A stretch of DNA of 10,737 bases from NCBI GenBank assembly GCA_043801585.1, contig JAZDLX010000144.1, positions 1 through 10,737 on the forward strand, given 5' to 3'. The translations under genes were made by a program, and so were the position numbers. A model generated the notes under the pieces. It was not told the origin of the DNA, did no database searches, and saw only the letters and a list, made by a program, of their open reading frames with translations. Source of the DNA: a bacterium. GTDB taxonomy: Bacteria > Electryoneota > Electryoneia > Electryoneales > Electryoneaceae. Shown piece by piece: positions 7,517 through 10,737 of the stretch (within the stretch, counting starts at the first letter, position 1; each line of letters starts with the position of its first letter).

Positions 7517-8527
7517 ATGACAGAGCTCAACCGCGACGACCATCCGTTTGTTAACGATCTCCGCGTCGGAGACAGTTTTGACGGATACTTTGTGCTGCAG
7601 CGGTTGCAGATGAAGAGCACCCGTGCCAACAAGCCGTTTCTCGTCTTCGAATTTTCCGACCGAACCGGCCGTATCATGGGCAAGCTGTGGGACGACGCGG
7701 AGGCTGCCTATCACTCGCTGAAGGAAGAACAGGTTGTCAAGGTTCGTGCTTTGGTTGAGGAATACCTCGGAAATCCCGAACTGAAAGTGCAGAAAATCAG
7801 ATCCATCGCCCCGGAAGACAGCACCGACACCACGCGCTTCCTGCCAACCGTGGACCATGATTCTGTGGAAGACTGGGACCAGCTGGAAGCCGCCATGGAG
7901 CGGATGGAACACCCGGGTCTGAAAGCCCTCCTCGAAAAACTGTTCACCGATGAAGCATTCCGAGAGCGGTACGGACGGGTGCCTGCGGGAAAACGGTGGC
8001 ACCATGAGTACATCGGCGGACTGCTCGAACATGCCGCTTCGATGGCGAAGTTGGCCCACCGAGTGGCAGATCACTACCCCAAGCTGAATCGTGACCTGCT
8101 CGTCGCCGGAGCCATTCTGCACGATATCGGCAAATTGCAGGAACTAAAGTATGGCACATCCATCGATTACACCGTGAAGGGACGTCTGGAAGGTCATCTT
8201 GTCCTTGGTGCGCAATTTATTGAAGAAAACGCAAAAGGAATCGAGGGGTTGGATGAGGAGACCCTCGTTCACCTCAAGCATTTGATTCTTTCCCATCAGG
8301 GAACCCATGAAAATGGCTGTCCTGTAGAACCGATGACACGCGAGGCGTTTGTGCTCTACTATCTCGACGAGATTGACAGCAAGATGAATGCAATCAACCG
8401 AGAGCTGGAGAAAGCGGCAGGTGGTGGCGGAGCGTTCACCGAGTACATCAGACTGCTCAATCGGATGCTCTACAAGGGTGGAGGATTCGAAAATCCTGAT
8501 CAGGAAACTGGAGCTTCGGAGGATTGA
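7517..8527 (+). CDS. yhaM: 3'-5' exoribonuclease YhaM/Cbf1 family (OB-fold plus HD domain)
   Basis: N-terminal OB-fold (KPFLVFEFSDRTGRIMGKLWD...VVKVRALVEEYLG). HD-domain motifs PAGKRWHHEYIGGLLEH, LLVAGAILHDIGK, GRLEGHL, HLILSHQG and PMTREAFVLYYLDEIDSKM. ATG 7517 follows GAAGGGG and is preferred over TTG 7496. Confidence 0.88.
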   Translation: MTELNRDDHPFVNDLRVGDSFDGYFVLQRLQMKSTRANKPFLVFEFSDRTGRIMGKLWDDAEAAYHSLKEEQVVKVRALVEEYLGNPELKVQKIRSIAPEDSTDTTRFLPTVDHDSVEDWDQLEAAMERMEHPGLKALLEKLFTDEAFRERYGRVPAGKRWHHEYIGGLLEHAASMAKLAHRVADHYPKLNRDLLVAGAILHDIGKLQELKYGTSIDYTVKGRLEGHLVLGAQFIEENAKGIEGLDEETLVHLKHLILSHQGTHENGCPVEPMTREAFVLYYLDEIDSKMNAINRELEKAAGGGGAFTEYIRLLNRMLYKGGGFENPDQETGASED

Positions 8528-9333
8528 ATTTTACAAAGGTGTATTGTCAATTCCTCGCCGTTCAGCAGCAGATAGGGGAATCGGCGTTGACCCTCAGCCG
8601 CCGCTGACAGCACAAACTGAAGAAACGTTGCCCATTCCGATCCGTGAATCACCTGGCAGCCCGCGGACCACTCCCCGACAAACGAACCACTCCCGCCTCG
8701 ATGGATGTTGATCCCGAACCAACCCTCCTCAACCGTTTTGGAATCGCCGGATTCAACATCATCAAGAAAACGTTCAACACGTACCGGGCCGGCCTGAACG
8801 AGAGCCGTCTCGCGCTGGCGATGAAGGCCGAGCCGATAGCGATAGAGTCCCGGGAGCAGGTGAGCCGTTCCCTTCGGATTTGGTTCGCGCAAACGGCCGG
8901 GATCGACGGAGGCTCGGAAACCGCTCACAGTCTTGCCATGCTCGACAACGTAAATTGTGTCATTGTACTCATTCCATCGATTCTCGACGACCTTGCCGTC
9001 CATCCAACCGCAAACGCCAACGAGGTTCAACCGGGACAAATCGCATCCTTTCGTCTGGAGTATCTCCAACAGTGAAACCTTCAGGTTGTCACTCGTTTCT
9101 TGGCGGGGCGGTTGCGGAGTCCTGGGAGAGTGAGTTTCCTTCGCGTTGTCTTCACGGATAGCCGCAAGGATCGCCGCCTCCGTCCGCTGGCCGGGGATTC
9201 CATCGGACAGCAGTCCACGGTCGAGCTGGAACCTTTTTACGGCGCGTCGAGTTATCGGCCCCAAGCGTCCGTCTTCGGATCCCGGAGCGTAGCCGAGAAT
9301 TTTCAAGTACCTTTGCAGTTGAAAGAGGGTCAT
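8500..9333 (-). CDS. Peptidoglycan-binding-domain protein with a putative YkuD-like His/Cys peptidase domain (possible cell-wall hydrolase or transpeptidase)
   Basis: N-terminal PG_binding_1-type domain LQRYLKILGY...DGRLGPITRRAVKRFQLDRGLLSDGIPGQRT, then a Pro-rich linker. The C-terminal domain contains GINIHRGGSGSFVGEWSAGCQVI (H211, C226). No signal peptide, and an in-frame TGA at 9349-9351 precludes an N-terminal extension. Confidence 0.75.
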   Translation of the reverse strand: MTLFQLQRYLKILGYAPGSEDGRLGPITRRAVKRFQLDRGLLSDGIPGQRTEAAILAAIREDNAKETHSPRTPQPPRQETSDNLKVSLLEILQTKGCDLSRLNLVGVCGWMDGKVVENRWNEYNDTIYVVEHGKTVSGFRASVDPGRLREPNPKGTAHLLPGLYRYRLGLHRQRETALVQAGPVRVERFLDDVESGDSKTVEEGWFGINIHRGGSGSFVGEWSAGCQVIHGSEWATFLQFVLSAAAEGQRRFPYLLLNGEELTIHLCKIQSSEAPVS

Positions 9334-9386
9334 GACGGGGAATCCACTTCAATGGGGTGGTGGGCTCTCGCGCACGAGAGTGAACA

Positions 9387-9415
9387 TATGTATAGTCTAT
9401 GCAGTGAAATGTCAA
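9387..9415 (-). promoter_or_regulatory. Candidate sigma70-type promoter of the peptidoglycan-binding gene
   Basis: Perfect TTGACA at 9415-9410, with a weak -10 TACATA at 17-nt spacing (9392-9387). It lies downstream of the terminator and about 55 nt upstream of ATG 9333. Confidence 0.5.
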
Positions 9416-9461
9416 CCCCGTTTTGAAATTTCAGAGCGAAATGCTCCGGATAAGGGGATAG

Positions 9462-9492
9462 AAAAAGCCCGGCAGGCGAACCTGCCGGGCTT
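9462..9492 (-). terminator. Rho-independent terminator of the FadL-family gene
   Basis: Minus strand AAGCCCGGCAGG-TTCG-CCTGCCGGGCTTTTT: a perfect 12-bp stem, UUCG loop and U5 tract, 17 nt after the stop at 9510. Confidence 0.9.
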
Positions 9493-9509
9493 GGGATGTG
9501 CTGTTCAAC

Positions 9510-10737
9510 TCAATCAGAAGTCTCACTGGGAGCTGCGACCGAGAAGTTGTACTGGACGCTCAACCCGAAAACGGGAAGGGACAACTTCCACCTGCCGGGG
9601 ACGTTTTCCACTTCACCCGTATCTGGATTCGTATAAGCCTTTTTAATCGTGCGGGTGTTAGTGAAGACGTACTCGAAATATCCTGAGACCGAGATTTTGG
9701 AGTTAACCATGTACTCGGCCCCCAATGCAAAGTCATGCTTGAGGCCCACGTCCAGAATCGAAGGTGTGAAATAATCGTCCGGGATTGCGGATGGATCGAA
9801 GTAGTAACCGGCACGAACGTTCAGTTTGGGTGTCGCCTGGTAGCTGGCACCGATACTGTAGCGGATTGTGTTCTCGTACATCAGTGTCATGCTCATGTCT
9901 TCGGCGGGATCGCCGGAGGGATCTTTGCCCGTGAGCTTCACTTGCACTGAATCGACGGACTTCCAATTCGTGTAGGAGATGTCAATACCGATTGTCAACT
10001 TGGCATTAACATCGTAGGCCACGCCAAAACCGGCTTCCATCGGAAGCGGGAAATCAGCTTTCGCGTCAAGATCCGAGCTTACGGTCGATCCATCATAGGG
10101 GGGGAATGGCCCCATCACTGGAGTCAGATCGAACAGGTATAATGTCTGTGTCATGGTTCCGCTGATGCCCAATGTTGAGGGCATCGTGAACGTCGCACCG
10201 ACGTGCAGATTTGGCTTGATATCATACAACACACCGATGTTTCCACCAAATCCCATCCCGGTACCCTCGAGCTTTCCAACCGCATACATGTAGTCATATG
10301 GGGGAATCGGAATGCCGCTGTAAACTGCCTGCGGGATCTGCATCGTAATGCTGGAGTACTTAATGGCGATACCGAGACCCACACTCATCTTTTCGTTCAC
10401 TTTGTAGGCGATCGATGGGTGGATGTCGACAACCATCATCATGCCATCCCAATCGGTGGCATCGCGAGGTTGACCACCGTACGTCTCGGGATCGAGTTGG
10501 AAGAAATCTTTCCAGGTCGCTCCGGCCGCAGTCGGTGCAAAAACGGAAAAACCAGCGGTAAGTTTTTCGTTGATGCCGTAAACCACTGCCAATGCACCTG
10601 CCGGATAGGTCGCCGCTTCGGTTGAGAATTCCTTACCCTTTGTGTAAAAAGGCATAATATCATAGCCTGGCGTAACGGTAGTCGTCGGCATCAATGCCTT
10701 GAACTGAAAAGTGATGGAATTCTTCTGTCCAGCGAGA
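9510..10737 (-). CDS. OmpP1/FadL/TodX-family outer-membrane transport protein (5' end outside the window)
   Basis: The frame is open to the window edge (...LAGQKNSITFQFKALMP...), so the ORF-track start at 10694 is internal. Family-like motifs: LTAGFSVFAPTAAGATW, VDIHPSIAYKVNEKMSVGLG, GFGGNIGVLY, LPMEAGFGVAY, DISYTNWK, YSIGASY, LNVRAGYYFDPSAIPD and LSVQYNF. Confidence 0.87.
   Translation of the reverse strand, partial: LAGQKNSITFQFKALMPTTTVTPGYDIMPFYTKGKEFSTEAATYPAGALAVVYGINEKLTAGFSVFAPTAAGATWKDFFQLDPETYGGQPRDATDWDGMMMVVDIHPSIAYKVNEKMSVGLGIAIKYSSITMQIPQAVYSGIPIPPYDYMYAVGKLEGTGMGFGGNIGVLYDIKPNLHVGATFTMPSTLGISGTMTQTLYLFDLTPVMGPFPPYDGSTVSSDLDAKADFPLPMEAGFGVAYDVNAKLTIGIDISYTNWKSVDSVQVKLTGKDPSGDPAEDMSMTLMYENTIRYSIGASYQATPKLNVRAGYYFDPSAIPDDYFTPSILDVGLKHDFALGAEYMVNSKISVSGYFEYVFTNTRTIKKAYTNPDTGEVENVPGRWKLSLPVFGLSVQYNFSVAAPSETSD

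Noticed and set aside
7475..8122. 215-aa minus-strand ORF
   Set aside because: It is an antisense shadow of yhaM with no motifs.
8524..8553. TTGACA/TAAAAT (minus) and TTGAAT/TATTGT (plus) as internal promoters; hairpin as terminator
   Set aside because: The spacers are only 11-12 nt, and the hairpin is AT-rich, imperfect and lacks a U-tract.
8500..9492. Prophage or mobile element around the lysin-like gene
   Set aside because: No integrase, holin, structural gene, att-like repeat or obvious GC shift was seen.
1..10737. CRISPR array, IS element, integron or defence system
   Set aside because: No regularly spaced repeats, transposase, attC-like sites or defence-domain motifs were seen. The HD domain is YhaM-type, not Cas3.

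Overview
Ordinary chromosomal region of a Gram-negative bacterium (roughly mid-50s % GC by eye), dominated by cell-envelope genes. The gene set looks FCB-superphylum-like, while Shine-Dalgarno sites and TTGnnn-N17-TAnnnT-type promoters suggest a lineage outside Bacteroidia (inference). Left, minus strand: an overlapping trio of SurA/parvulin-type foldases, made of two lipoproteins and a SurA-like gene that the ORF track missed because it runs off the window. Divergently, plus strand: a likely operon of a YjbH-like beta-barrel, a FadL/PorV-like putative barrel, ltaE and a yhaM-like nuclease. Right, minus strand: a 5'-truncated OmpP1/FadL-family transporter, its intrinsic terminator, and a stand-alone gene for a peptidoglycan-binding protein with a His/Cys (YkuD-like) motif and no signal peptide. 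I found no rRNA, tRNA, CRISPR array, transposase, integrase or phage structural gene, and no clearly novel multi-gene system is demonstrable. Best leads: the orphan endolysin-like gene with a possible SOS-like box on its promoter, a 16/18-bp motif shared by both large intergenic regions, 10-bp direct repeats bracketing ltaE at stop codons, and a low-GC first gene in the foldase operon.
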